Notes: generated by a model from the letters alone, not told the origin. A stretch of 64,000 nt of DNA from an uncultured Chthonomonadaceae bacterium (GCA_963835065.1 CAWIEK010000046.1:1-64000); one strand, 5' to 3'; counted from the first letter of the stretch, positions 31,549-42,143 are shown. Translations and numbers: made by a program.

Positions 31549-32339
31549 GCGGGTTTCTCCCTGTCACGAATCGGGTTTGTAGGGGAATTGCCGGTTGGCT
31601 CGGCAATGGAGTTATCGGCGTCTTCGGGAACACGTTCGGAAAGGCGCGCGTTGGTTGTTTCGGACGGACTTGGTTCCGCTTCCAACCGGTAGCCGATGCC
31701 ATGCACCGTATGGATCAGTTTTGACCCGGTCTTGTGTTCCAGCTTGCGGCGCAGATGCCCGATGTACGCATCCACCGTATTCGGATACACGTCCTCATGA
31801 CCCCAGACAGTCTCCTGCAGCACGTCCCGCGTCAGTGTGCGCCCTTCCGCCATTGCCAGCGATTCCAGCAGGGCATATTCGCGCGGACTGAGCAGAATCG
31901 TAGCGCCCGCTCGCGTGACGCGCCGCGCAGACGTGTCAATGCGCAGGTCGCCGATTTCGACAAGCCGCGTCCGATGTACTTTGTCGCGCCGCAGCAGGGC
32001 GCGAACCCGCGCCAGCAGTTCATCAAAGGCAAATGGCTTGACCAGATAATCGTCGGCTCCGGCTTCCAGCCCGCGTACCCTGTCTGAAACGGCATCGCGC
32101 GCGGTCAGCATCAGGACGGGCAGAGGGTTACGCGCCCGCCGCAATTGCTCACAAAGCCGGCAGCCGTCCATATCCGGCAGCATTATATCGAGGATGAGCA
32201 GCGCGTAGCCGCCATTGGCAGCCAGTTCCAGCCCTTCCGCGCCAGTGCCAGCCGAATCTACGCGATACGCGGCTTTCTGCAATCCGCGCCGTATCGCCTC
32301 AGCAATGTCCTCTTCATCTTCAATCAGCAAGATTCGCAT
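31545..32339 (-). CDS. OmpR-family response regulator
   Basis: ILLIEDE, LDIMLP, LTARD, DDYLVKPF and TVHGIGY motifs. Confidence 0.92.
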   Translation of the reverse strand: MRILLIEDEEDIAEAIRRGLQKAAYRVDSAGTGAEGLELAANGGYALLILDIMLPDMDGCRLCEQLRRARNPLPVLMLTARDAVSDRVRGLEAGADDYLVKPFAFDELLARVRALLRRDKVHRTRLVEIGDLRIDTSARRVTRAGATILLSPREYALLESLAMAEGRTLTRDVLQETVWGHEDVYPNTVDAYIGHLRRKLEHKTGSKLIHTVHGIGYRLEAEPSPSETTNARLSERVPEDADNSIAEPTGNSPTNPIRDREKPA

Positions 32340-32493
32340 ACATCTATTATGAACGCGATTTCTGAAAAAATCCTGATAAGAGAGGAAGACGGAAGACGGA
32401 AGACGGAAGACGGAATATAGGAAGCCTGAACACCGAACACCGAAATCCTGAATCTGGGAAGGACTGTTCCGCCTGCATGTCGAATCAAGAGCT

Positions 32494-33402
32494 ATGAACA
32501 CGGAAATCGAACCTACCAATGATTTGCAGCAACTCCGCGCCCGGCATTTGATGGAAACGGACGAACTGGCCGCGCGCATGGGGCAGGACGCGAACCTGCG
32601 TATTGTGGATATGCGCGGCTTTGTGCATACCAAAACCGACGCGGACGGCAGCCAAACCGCCGATTACGTGGGCGCGGCGGAAGCCTATGCCCAATCCCAC
32701 ATTCCCGGCGCGATTTATCTGGACTGGACGCGCGACATTGTGGATTTGGACAATCCGGTTGCCGCGCAGCTTGCCCCGGCGGATAAAATCGCTGACGCGC
32801 TGGGTCAGGCAGGCATCGGCAGTGACAGCCTGATTGTAGCTTACGACGCGCACCCGGCCATGCAGTTCGCCACGCGCCTGTGGTGGGCTTTGCGCGTTTA
32901 TGGAAACACGAACGTCCGCGTTCTCAACGGCGGCTGGAACAAATGGACGCGCGAAAACCGCCCTGTAACGAGCGATGTTCCGCGCTACATTCCCGCCGTC
33001 TTTACGCCCGATCTTCAGCCCCCGTGGATTGCCACTGCGGAACGGGTCAACGACTGGATCGGCAATCCCGATGTAGTTCTGCTGGATGCCCGCGATGAGG
33101 GGCAGTTTACAGGCAAAATTCGGCGCGGCAAGCGGGGCGGCCATATTCCCGGCGCGCGCAATGTGCCGCGCGAAGCCCTGATTGCGCCCGATGGCACGTT
33201 CCAAACGGCTCCCGAACTGCTCAAAGTGCTGCACGGCGCGGGCGCGGCTCCCAACCGCCGCAATGTGGCGTACTGCAACGGCGGCGTGGCGGCAACATCG
33301 GTGCTGTTCGCGCTGTCCATGCTCGGCTACCCACGCCTGACCAACTACGATGGCTCCTGGAACGAATGGGCGGAGCGCGACGACTTGCCGGTAGAAAAGT
33401 AA
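32494..33402 (+). CDS. Tandem-domain rhodanese / sulfurtransferase
   Basis: HIPGA twice, YCNGGVAAT active loop and YDGSWNEW. Confidence 0.9.
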   Translation: MNTEIEPTNDLQQLRARHLMETDELAARMGQDANLRIVDMRGFVHTKTDADGSQTADYVGAAEAYAQSHIPGAIYLDWTRDIVDLDNPVAAQLAPADKIADALGQAGIGSDSLIVAYDAHPAMQFATRLWWALRVYGNTNVRVLNGGWNKWTRENRPVTSDVPRYIPAVFTPDLQPPWIATAERVNDWIGNPDVVLLDARDEGQFTGKIRRGKRGGHIPGARNVPREALIAPDGTFQTAPELLKVLHGAGAAPNRRNVAYCNGGVAATSVLFALSMLGYPRLTNYDGSWNEWAERDDLPVEK

Positions 33403-33465
33403 ACCACGGAGAACACGGAGGGGAGGAGACTGTTTTTCTCCGTGTCCTCCGTGTTCTCCGTGGTT
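33402..33465. repeat. Nonamer-repeat palindromic element
   Basis: AACCACGGAGAACACGGAG...CTCCGTGTTCTCCGTGGTT. Confidence 0.8.
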
Positions 33466-33487
33466 AATATTGGTTTTGGAGGTTGAT

Positions 33488-34372
33488 ATGGCGAATGGTG
33501 AAAAATTGCGTGGGTTGTTGACGGCGATATTGACGCCCTTAGATACGCGAGGCGAGTTGGCATTGGGGCATTTTGCCGCGCTGCTGGATTTTCAGCGCAA
33601 GGCGGGTGTGGATGGAGTGATTGTGTGCGGCACGAATGGGGAAGGCACGTCACTTTCCACAACGGAGCGGAAGCAGGCATTAGAAACCGCGCTGGAGCAT
33701 CGGGGCGGGCTGACGGTGGTGGCGGGGACGGGCGCGGCCAGCGTGACGGATGCGATAGAATTGACCCAACACGCGGCCAATGTGGGCGCGGACGCGGTTT
33801 TGGTACTGCCGCCGTTTTTCTTTAAGAACCCGGATGCGCGGGGCGTGGCGGAGTATTTCAAGCGCGTACTGGATGCCGCCGACATTCCCGTGCTGCTGTA
33901 CAACATTCCCCAACATTCCGCAGTCGTGATTACGGACGCGATTTTGGAACTGTTGATAGACCATCCCAATCTGGCGGGAATTAAAGACAGCGCGGGCAAT
34001 TGGGAGGATACGGAGCATTACATCACCACGTACCCGAACCTGCGCATTTTCGCGGGCAGTGACCGATTGGCGTATCAAAGTCATCTGCACGGCGCGGGCG
34101 GCATATCGGGCGGCGCGAACGCTTTTCCCGAAGTTTTGGCGGCAGTGCGCGACGCCTGTCAAAAGGGAGCCGCCGAAGGCGCGGAAGCGCAAACGCGCCT
34201 GAATACCCTGCTCGACATCACCACGCGCTACCCGTTCATTTCCACGAGCAAAAGCATTCTGGCGCATCGCGGCCTGCCCCGTCTTGGCGTCCGCCCGCCG
34301 CTCATGCCCTTGTCGGAAGAACAGGAACAAAATGTAATTGCAGAGTTGACAGCAGCAGGGTTCCTGCAATAA
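33488..34372 (+). CDS. Dihydrodipicolinate synthase family protein
   Basis: CGTNGE, LYNIP and GIKDS (Schiff-base Lys) motifs. Confidence 0.88.
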   Translation: MANGEKLRGLLTAILTPLDTRGELALGHFAALLDFQRKAGVDGVIVCGTNGEGTSLSTTERKQALETALEHRGGLTVVAGTGAASVTDAIELTQHAANVGADAVLVLPPFFFKNPDARGVAEYFKRVLDAADIPVLLYNIPQHSAVVITDAILELLIDHPNLAGIKDSAGNWEDTEHYITTYPNLRIFAGSDRLAYQSHLHGAGGISGGANAFPEVLAAVRDACQKGAAEGAEAQTRLNTLLDITTRYPFISTSKSILAHRGLPRLGVRPPLMPLSEEQEQNVIAELTAAGFLQ

Positions 34373-34467
34373 TTTGTTCTCATACACAGTAGCGTAAATC
34401 AGATCGAAGGAACCGGTATATAAAACGCTTGCAGTGAAATGGGAGGCCGGGTACCGACAAGAGCGTT

Positions 34468-34586
34468 CCGAGTGTTGAAAACACCTGGCAGGAAAGGGCA
34501 AGCGTCTTCCAGACGCAACTTCCAGAAAGCATAGGCGCGTCTGCAAGACGCTTGCTTTGTCCAGACAGGGGTTTTCAACCCCTGGC
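34468..34586. repeat. Imperfect ~50 bp inverted-repeat element, related to 40043-40190
   Basis: GGCAGGAAAGGGCAAGCGTCTTCCAGACGC...GCGTCTGCAAGACGCTTGCTTTGTCC. Confidence 0.65.
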
Positions 34587-34734
34587 GACCATGTTGCGCC
34601 TATTTCACAGCAAGCGTTTTATATACCGGGCCAGCGCACAGGGTCAAGGTTTGGTTGCTTTGTTCATAAGGAAAGGCTTGCAAGGTATTGGTAGTGTTAC
34701 TCGGGCGGTTAGTATTAGGCACATGGGGAGCGGC

Positions 34735-35964
34735 ATGAACGCGCCTGATCGGATCATTGTTCGTGGCGTGAAATGGCTTGGGGATGCCGTGATGACTATG
34801 CCTGCGTTGTGCCGCCTGCGTGAAGCGTTTCCTGACGCGCATCTTGCCGTCTTGTCGCCGCCAAAACTGGAAGAGTTGTACGCCTGCCAGCCTGTTGTAG
34901 ATGCTGTGCTGACGGCGGAAAAGAACGAGTCGGCGTGGGCACTTGCCGCCAAAATCCGCGCAGGCCGGTACGATACGGCGCTTATTTTCACCCACTCCGG
35001 GCGCACGGCGCTGCCGTTTCTGCTGGCGGGCGTTCCCCGGCGGATCGCGTATGGCGAACGAGGGCGGGCGTGGATGCTGACAGACGCGATGCAGCCCGAC
35101 TTTGCCATCAAAATACACCGTAGGCCAATCGCGGAAATCAAGCGTCTGACAGGTATGCCGAATGGAAGCGCAATAGGTACGGCACATACCGGAGCAGAAT
35201 TCCAGCCGAACTCCAACATGCCGAGTATGCCTGCCGCTGGTCGCCTGCGGTTGCCGTTTGCAAGACCTTACCGCCCGCACATCCATCACATTTACCACTA
35301 CCTGCGGCTGGCTGCCGTTGCGGGCGCGAACCCCGAACCTCTTGCGCCAACCCTCACTGTTTCGCAAGCGGACGCGCAAGCCGTTCGGCAGCGTTTTGGC
35401 CTGCCTTTGTCCGACATTCGCCGCCCGCTCATCGGCCTCAATCCCGGCGCGGAGTACGGACTGGCGAAACGCTGGCCTGAAGAGCGCTTTATTACAACGG
35501 CACGGCAGATGCAGGCGCATATTCCCTGCGATTGGGTCGTGCTGGGAGGCAAGGCGGATATGGAACTGGCCGCGCGGATTGCAAGCGCCATTCAGGACAA
35601 TGCCATGCCCACAAACGTATGGAATGTGGCCGGACGGACCAGCCTGCGCGAACTATGCGCCGTACTGTATACTTGCGATATGGTACTGAGCAACGACACC
35701 GGCCCGACGCATGTTGCCGCCGCCGTTGGTACGCCCGTCGTGGTTCCCTTCGGCAGCACATCTCCCGAAATTACCGGGCCGGGCCTGCCCAACGATCCGC
35801 GCCATCGCCTGCTGAAATCCGCTGCGCCCTGCGCCCCCTGCTTTCACCGCGTCTGCCCCATAGATTTCCGCTGCATGAACGGTATTACTGTCCCGCAAGT
35901 TGTGGACGCGCTGACAAGCCTGTATGCGCAGCAGAATTCAAGCAAGGTGGAGAGCCGAGTATGA
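34735..35964 (+). CDS. waaF: Lipopolysaccharide heptosyltransferase II (GT9)
   Basis: WLGDAVM, NPGAEYGLAKRWP, SNDTGPTHVAAA and CAPCFHRVCP motifs. Confidence 0.85.
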   Translation: MNAPDRIIVRGVKWLGDAVMTMPALCRLREAFPDAHLAVLSPPKLEELYACQPVVDAVLTAEKNESAWALAAKIRAGRYDTALIFTHSGRTALPFLLAGVPRRIAYGERGRAWMLTDAMQPDFAIKIHRRPIAEIKRLTGMPNGSAIGTAHTGAEFQPNSNMPSMPAAGRLRLPFARPYRPHIHHIYHYLRLAAVAGANPEPLAPTLTVSQADAQAVRQRFGLPLSDIRRPLIGLNPGAEYGLAKRWPEERFITTARQMQAHIPCDWVVLGGKADMELAARIASAIQDNAMPTNVWNVAGRTSLRELCAVLYTCDMVLSNDTGPTHVAAAVGTPVVVPFGSTSPEITGPGLPNDPRHRLLKSAAPCAPCFHRVCPIDFRCMNGITVPQVVDALTSLYAQQNSSKVESRV

Positions 35965-36986
35965 AGTTTTCTGTCTTCTGTCTTCTGTCTTCTTTTCTTC
36001 TATTAAGCGCAGGTTGTGGACGCAAGCAAGACCCGCCGGTGGAAATCACGGGCAAGGTCGCGCAGTTGTATCCAACCGGGTTGAACGCAAAGGGCGCGAT
36101 GGTCGGGAGCATCCGTTTCCCTGATTTGTACCCGTCCTTCCTTATCGTAAACGGGACGCAGCGCGAACTTGCCGTTCCTCCCGAAGCCGCATGGGTGTAT
36201 CCGCAGGGCATCAACGACTGCGGGCAAGTCGTTGGGTATGCAAGCCGCTCCGATAACCAATCGCGTCACGCCGTCACCTGGCAAAACGGGCGTCCGCTCT
36301 GGCTGGAAGATGGAAACGCTTTGAGCAGTGAGGCCACCGCCGTCAATAATCAGGGCGTTATTGTCGGCTTTCGCGTTACGGCTGACAGAATCACTCACGC
36401 CACGCAATGGCAAAACGGCAGGATGCAGGAAATCACAAGTACGCCGAATGTGCAATGGCGTCCTGTCGGCATCAACGCGCAGGGCGAAATCGTCGGCTGT
36501 GGAACGGACGCCGCAAACCGCCCGCATCTCTACCATTGGCGGCAAAACCACTTAACGGATTCAGGGAACGGCTATCACATCGCCCTGAACAATCGCAACC
36601 AAATCGCCGGGGATTACCTCACGCCCGACTTCCATCTCCACGCCTGCCTTTGGAACGGACAGCAGCGCAAAGAACTGCCCGTCCCGCCCGGAACCAATAA
36701 CAGCCGCGTGTTCGGCATCAACGACCGGGGGCAAATCGTAGGCAGCGCCAGTCTTCAGACTGCGCAACAGGACACCACCATCGGTACACCCCTTCCCCTA
36801 CTCTGGGACAAAGGCCACGCCCTCAACCTCAACTCCATTCGCCCTTCCAACGCCGAGTATACACTGGAAGAAGCCCTAGCCATCAACAACAACGGCCAAA
36901 TTGTCTGCACCGCAAGACAGGGCAAATGGGGCCGCGCGGCCCTCCTGACGCCAACTGCGAACGGGTGGCAAATTCAAGTCTACTGA
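35961..36986 (+). CDS. HAF-repeat-like extracellular lipoprotein
   Basis: Lipobox SAGC; repeated GINDxGQIVG...HAxxW units. Confidence 0.75.
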   Translation: MKFSVFCLLSSFLLLSAGCGRKQDPPVEITGKVAQLYPTGLNAKGAMVGSIRFPDLYPSFLIVNGTQRELAVPPEAAWVYPQGINDCGQVVGYASRSDNQSRHAVTWQNGRPLWLEDGNALSSEATAVNNQGVIVGFRVTADRITHATQWQNGRMQEITSTPNVQWRPVGINAQGEIVGCGTDAANRPHLYHWRQNHLTDSGNGYHIALNNRNQIAGDYLTPDFHLHACLWNGQQRKELPVPPGTNNSRVFGINDRGQIVGSASLQTAQQDTTIGTPLPLLWDKGHALNLNSIRPSNAEYTLEEALAINNNGQIVCTARQGKWGRAALLTPTANGWQIQVY

Positions 36987-37004
36987 CACCACAGGAACAG
37001 ATTG

Positions 37005-37224
37005 AACCACGGGGAACACGGGGAACACGGGGGAGAAGCGGGGGAGAAACAAACCGCTAAAAACGCGAAGCAAACGAAAAGAAGAACAAAATTTAAAACC
37101 TTAAATGCCCTTGCGTCTTTACTTCTTTGCCGTTCTATTTCGTATTTCTTTTTCGCTTATTTAGCGTATTTCGCGGTTTCTATATTCTTCCCCTCTCCTC
37201 CTGTTCCCCGTGTTCCCCGTGGTT
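37005..37224. repeat. Nested nonamer-repeat palindromic elements
   Basis: Outer AACCACGGGGAACACGGGG/CCCCGTGTTCCCCGTGGTT; inner AACCGCTAAAAACGCG/GCGTATTTCGCGGTT at 37052-37178. Confidence 0.75.
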
Positions 37225-37915
37225 TCACTTCGGGCGCGGGCAGTTCAAACAGGCTGTCGGCATGGGCGCGGGCGTACCAGTCGCCGCCCATGCGCCCGAT
37301 GTAGTCTGCTTTGGTAGCGTCTATTTGATTGTCTTGCAGGATGCTTTCGGCGACATGGAAGCAGACGATTTCACCAATCACGTAATTGGCGGACAGGGGG
37401 CCGGGGCCGTGCGGGATGATCTGAAACAACTTACATTCCATCGCAATCACACATTCCGCCACCCGCGCCGGTTTTACTTTCAGGGAAGGAACGGGCGTAA
37501 ATCCAGCCGGATCCCATTCGCTGACGCCATACGGATACGCGGCGGAAGTCTGGTTCATTTGTTCCCGAATGGCATAACTGACCACGTTGATGACGTATTC
37601 GCCTGTCGCTTCCACATTGCGCAGGGTGTCTTTGGGAACGTTGTCGCGGGTGTTGGTGGGAGAAAACGCGACGGAAGGCGGGTTTGCGCCGCCCGCCATG
37701 AAGTAGCTGAACGGCGCGAGATTGGGAACGCCATCCGGTGAAAGCGAGGACACAAACGCAATCGGGCGCGGAGCGACGCTGTTGACAAGCAGGCGGTACA
37801 CGTCCGGCGCGGGCAGTTCGGCGGGATCGAAACTGCGAAAAGTTGCGGGTTGATAGTTGATAGTTGATAGTTCGGTTGCTTCTGCGTTGTTCGCGTCCTC
37901 ATTCCGGTGAGGCAT
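37157..37915 (-). CDS. Flavin reductase family protein (DIM6/NTAB)
   Basis: VAPRPIAFVSS, NLAPFSYF, KDTLRN and GRMGGDWY motifs. Confidence 0.88.
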   Translation of the reverse strand: MPHRNEDANNAEATELSTINYQPATFRSFDPAELPAPDVYRLLVNSVAPRPIAFVSSLSPDGVPNLAPFSYFMAGGANPPSVAFSPTNTRDNVPKDTLRNVEATGEYVINVVSYAIREQMNQTSAAYPYGVSEWDPAGFTPVPSLKVKPARVAECVIAMECKLFQIIPHGPGPLSANYVIGEIVCFHVAESILQDNQIDATKADYIGRMGGDWYARAHADSLFELPAPEVKPRGTRGTGGEGKNIETAKYAK

Positions 37916-37999
37916 GATAGATTACTCCTTTAGCTTCGATGCAAATGTGTCCGACAGTCAGATGCAAGATCATCTCAACACGGCGCAGTGGCCTATCAA

Positions 38000-39166
38000 C
38001 TATCCACTATCAACTTTCTTCCAGCTTTCCGGGTAATGATTGTCGTCTAATTGGGCGGCTTGTTGGGTCATTTTTAGCGGGCGGAAGGTGTCGAGCATGA
38101 CGGCGAGTTCTTCGGTGCGGGTGTGGCCTAAACTGGCTTCCACTGCGCCAGGCTGCGGGCCGTGCGGCAGGCCGGACGGGTGCAGGGTCATGGAGCCTTT
38201 TTCAATGCCGCGCCGACTGGCGAAGTTGCCGTTGACGTAATACAGCAGTTCGTCGCTGTCCAGATTGCTGTGGTTGTAGGGAATGGCGACGGCCTGCGGG
38301 TGGTAGTCCAGCATCCGGGGCACGAACGAGCAAACGACAAAATTATGCGCTTCAAACGTCTGATGCACAGGCGGCGGCTGGTGCAGTCGGCCTGTAATCG
38401 GCTCGAAGTCTGCGATATTGAACGCCCAGGGATACAAAAAGCCATCCCAACCGATCACATCCAGCGGGTGAAAATCGTAGAAATAAGCCGTCAGTCTGCC
38501 CCGCGCTTTGATTCGCACTTCATAGCGTCCCGGCGCGTCATGCGTTTCCAATGTTTCGGGGACGCGAATGTCGCGCTCGCAATAGGGGCTGTGTTCCAGC
38601 AGTTGCCCGTACTCGTTGCGGTAGCGGCGCGGTATCTCAATGGCGCTTGCGGACTCGATGACCAGCAGGCGCGTGGCCTCGCTTTCGGTAACCATGCGGT
38701 AAATCACGCCGCGCGGAATGATGAGGTAATCGCCTTCGTGGTAGGGCAGGGTTCCAAACAGGGTTTCCAGTCGCCCCTGCCCCTCGTGAACAAACAGCAG
38801 GTCGTCGCCGTCCGCGTTTTTGTAGAAATAGGGCATCGGTTCGGTCGGGCAGCAGATTCCAAGCGCAACGTCATCGTTGACGAGCAGGGGCGTTCTGCCG
38901 GAAACAGGATCGCCGGCTGGCGGAAAGTTTTGCGTTTTCAGGTGGCGGTGGCGCAGAGGTTCGTCGGGCAAGATTTCGGGGCGCAGGTCATGGAGCAGTT
39001 TATAATCGGCTACCTGCGTCGGCGGGTGCGCGTGGTAGAGGATGGACGCGATGCCCGAAAAGCCTTTGGTTCCGAAGACCTGCTCGGCGTAGAGCGAGCC
39101 GTCGGGCTGCCGAAATTGCGTATGGCGCTTAGGCGGGATTTGCCCCAATCGTACATAGCGTGGCAT
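38000..39166 (-). CDS. hmgA: Homogentisate 1,2-dioxygenase
   Basis: Own RBS AGAGGAG before MPRYVRLGQIPPKRH; NADGD, HPLDVIGWDG, HQPPPVH, PYNHSN and HGPQPG. Confidence 0.88.
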   Translation of the reverse strand: MPRYVRLGQIPPKRHTQFRQPDGSLYAEQVFGTKGFSGIASILYHAHPPTQVADYKLLHDLRPEILPDEPLRHRHLKTQNFPPAGDPVSGRTPLLVNDDVALGICCPTEPMPYFYKNADGDDLLFVHEGQGRLETLFGTLPYHEGDYLIIPRGVIYRMVTESEATRLLVIESASAIEIPRRYRNEYGQLLEHSPYCERDIRVPETLETHDAPGRYEVRIKARGRLTAYFYDFHPLDVIGWDGFLYPWAFNIADFEPITGRLHQPPPVHQTFEAHNFVVCSFVPRMLDYHPQAVAIPYNHSNLDSDELLYYVNGNFASRRGIEKGSMTLHPSGLPHGPQPGAVEASLGHTRTEELAVMLDTFRPLKMTQQAAQLDDNHYPESWKKVDSG

Positions 39167-39997
39167 AAGTGTACTCCTCTTTACCAACAATGTGTTCATT
39201 TCATCGGGAAAGTGTTGGCACAGGAAGACGGCAAGCAGAACTGTCGGCAGGAACGAAAATAGAAGGACAGCGACCCATGCGCGGGTAACGTGCCATGAGC
39301 CGTCCCTGTCATAGCTTGCCCACGCGACCGTGTTCCATCCTCGCGTTGCCCCAATGGTGGTGTAGTAGGCTATCCCAATGAGACAGAAGCCCAACACAAA
39401 GGCCGTAAGAATGTGGGTGGCAAGGTTGGAAAGTTTGCTGTCCGCCATCTTGTCGGCAAAATCTGGGTCGTCTTCTCGCTTCGGCTTGATGTGTGCCTGC
39501 CGCGCGTCCATAAGCCGAAGCAACTCCTGCGCCGTATTATTCCCCGGTTCCCGCGCAAGAACCTGCTCCGCAAGGGTTCGCGCTCTGGCGTTGCGTCCAA
39601 GCGTGTAAAATCCATGCGCCTGCGTGAGCGGGGGAACATGCCGGTTGAGCCAACGGTCGGTTCTGTCAGCAACACGCAGTTTCGCGGCATACCTTTTCCG
39701 TAATTCGCCAAATTTGTCCAGAAGCCAGGCTAAAACAGACGCATTCAGCATTGCGCAGAGGGAAATGCCAATATATCCGGGTACGCGAACGGGGCCAATG
39801 CGCAAAATTGGTCCGTATGCGCCCTGCTTCCATCCCATGCGGCAGCAGTACACCGTCATCATTTCCAGCACAGCGACGGCGGCAACAATGGCGCGTTGCT
39901 GGTTCGGCGTTGCCCGCTCCCAACGTTCCCCAAGCCCTTCTGCAAGCCTGCGCAGCCATCTGCGGAACCGATTGTCTGTTGCTGTACTTGTTGCCAT
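39167..39997 (-). CDS. Hypothetical membrane protein with a TPR-like segment, read in frame into hmgA
   Basis: TM segments and LAEQVLAREPGNNTAQELL; no stop codon before hmgA in this sequence. Confidence 0.5.
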
Positions 39998-40042
39998 TTT
40001 AGGTCAGCCAAATATACTGATTACGTTTGCTGTGAAATACTG

Positions 40043-40190
40043 GCCGGATACTGAAAGTACCCGGCAGGAAAGTACAAGCGTCCTGCGGACGCGGGAGTTT
40101 TTATGAAGAATTGTATCCGTAGGAATTTTCCTACAGAGGTGCGTCCGCAGGACGCTTGTTTTGTCCTGCCGGGTACTTTCAGTACCCGGC
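40043..40190. repeat. MITE/REP-like element with ~50 bp terminal inverted repeats
   Basis: GCCGGATACTGAAAGTACCCGGCAGGA...CAAGCGTCCTGCGGACGC / GCGTCCGCAGGACGCTTG...TCCTGCCGGGTACTTTCAGTACCCGGC. Confidence 0.8.
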
Positions 40191-40318
40191 ACAAACAGAA
40201 GAAGCCATCTTCACAGCAGGCGTTGATGACACCATCTTATCTGTTTATAGCCTCCCCTCTCCTAGCGCGTTGCGCGGCCAGGAGAGGGGCCGTGTCCACA
40301 AGTGGACGCCCGGTGAGG

Positions 40319-41242
40319 TCACGCCTCCAAATACCCTATTTCTTCCTCCGTCAGCGTCACTCCAATAGCGGGCAGGCTTGATTCCAATTCCTCAACGGTG
40401 CGCGGACCGAACAGCGCGAATACGGGAAACGGCTGATGCAGCACATACGCAAGCGCGATGTTGTTGGCCGTAACGCCGTGTTTTGCGCCGATTTCCTGCG
40501 CCCGTTTGAGCCGTTCCCAATTCTGGTCGCTGTAAAAGATACGCTCCACGTCCGCGCTCGTATGCACATCCGGCGCATAGCGCCCCGTGAAAAAGCCGCT
40601 GGCCTGCGCCGACCAGGGAAACAGGGGAAATTGGTGTTCCTTGTGCCACGCTTTGCCCGCTTCATCCAGTGTCACGCAGCCCGCCCACATCGGCCCGGAG
40701 GGAACCGCCAAGCTCAGATGCGGACTGCTGGCGACAAACGGCTTCAGCCCGTACATTCCGGCGTAGTTGTTGGCTTCCTGTATCCGTTCGGTTGTCCAGT
40801 TGCTGCCGCCGAACGCCCGGATTTTGCCCAATCGGTACTGCTCGTTCAAACACTCCACAATCGGGCCGACGGGCATATTCGGATCGTCGCGGTGCAGCAG
40901 GTACAGGTCAATGGTTTCGATTTGCAGCCGGTCCAGGCTCTCGGTCAGGTCGGCTAAAATGGCTTCCGGGTTGACGCGCGGGCCGCTGCTGTCATGGTGC
41001 GCTCCCTTGCCCAATACCGCCATCTTGTCCCGATTATTTCCTATGCGCAGCCAGTTGCCTACCGCCCGCTCGCTCTTGCCCCCGCCATAAATATGCGCCG
41101 TATCCAGGCACGTTCCCCCCGCCGCGACAAACGCATCCAGCAGCGAGTTCGTCACGTCCTGATTGTCTGGCGAACACGCCATCGTGCCCAAAACCAGTTC
41201 CGAAATCGGCTGTTCCAGCCCGTCTATCCGTCCGTGCTTCAT
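40319..41242 (-). CDS. Aldo/keto reductase
   Basis: LDTAHIYG, DLYLLHRDD and GKIRAFGGSNW motifs. Confidence 0.9.
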   Translation of the reverse strand: MKHGRIDGLEQPISELVLGTMACSPDNQDVTNSLLDAFVAAGGTCLDTAHIYGGGKSERAVGNWLRIGNNRDKMAVLGKGAHHDSSGPRVNPEAILADLTESLDRLQIETIDLYLLHRDDPNMPVGPIVECLNEQYRLGKIRAFGGSNWTTERIQEANNYAGMYGLKPFVASSPHLSLAVPSGPMWAGCVTLDEAGKAWHKEHQFPLFPWSAQASGFFTGRYAPDVHTSADVERIFYSDQNWERLKRAQEIGAKHGVTANNIALAYVLHQPFPVFALFGPRTVEELESSLPAIGVTLTEEEIGYLEA

Positions 41243-41483
41243 ACGAACTCCTTAAACGTTTCATGTTCAAACTACGCGAATGTTAGGTTCTTCATTATGA
41301 CACGATTCCCGCCTGCAACGCAGCGCGACAGGAGGTATAGGAAAACTCTGATAGAAACCAAGGAGCCGTTGACAATCCGCTGGCTTTCTGCTCATAATAC
41401 AATACGTAAAAAGACAGTGCTTTCTACAGAGCGGCGTCTGGCAGAGTGTGTATTGTCGTGAGCGAATAAAAAGGGCGTGGACA

Positions 41484-42143
41484 ATGAGCGCACAAACTAT
41501 ATTTCAAACCCCTGTGATTCCATTAGCAGACGAAGATACCGGCGAGATTCTGCGGCTTTGGACGCGAGAGGAGTTTCACCAGGCCGTAGACCTTGGCTGG
41601 TTCAACAATGAGAAGGTCGAACTTATACACGGAAAGGTTTACACAAAACGGCCCATGAAACCACTGCATACAATGGGTATTCGCGCCTGTGCCGAAACGC
41701 TGGCAGCCTTGTTTGGCACAGGTTTTGATGTACGGCAGCAGATGCCCGTTGTGTTGACGACGGATGGAGAACCGTTGCCGGATATACTGGTCGTTCCCGG
41801 TTCCTGGCGTGATTACGTTCAGCATCCCACACAGGCCGACGTTCTGCTAATTGTCGAAGTTTCCGATACAACCTTGTACATGGACCGCAACGAGAAGGCG
41901 GCGCTGTATGCCGAGGCAGGCATCCCCGATTATTGGCTGATGAACATGCAAAACCGCACTCTGGAAGTCCGCCGCGAACCTTCTGCCCTGCCCGGCGCCC
42001 CCTACGGCTTTGGCTACCGCGTCCTGACCGTTCATTCCGAGCAGGAGAAAGTGACGCCCCTTTCCCTCCCCAATGTTGAAATCCGCATATCCGACCTGCT
42101 GCCGCCTCCCTCCACATCTGCCCCAACACCCGCCGCGCCCTGA
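41484..42143 (+). CDS. Uma2 family (DUF820) endonuclease-like protein
   Basis: VELIHG, PDILVV, IVEVSDTT and KAALYAEAGIPDYW motifs; TTGACA-18-CATAAT promoter at 41369-41398. Confidence 0.88.
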   Translation: MSAQTIFQTPVIPLADEDTGEILRLWTREEFHQAVDLGWFNNEKVELIHGKVYTKRPMKPLHTMGIRACAETLAALFGTGFDVRQQMPVVLTTDGEPLPDILVVPGSWRDYVQHPTQADVLLIVEVSDTTLYMDRNEKAALYAEAGIPDYWLMNMQNRTLEVRREPSALPGAPYGFGYRVLTVHSEQEKVTPLSLPNVEIRISDLLPPPSTSAPTPAAP

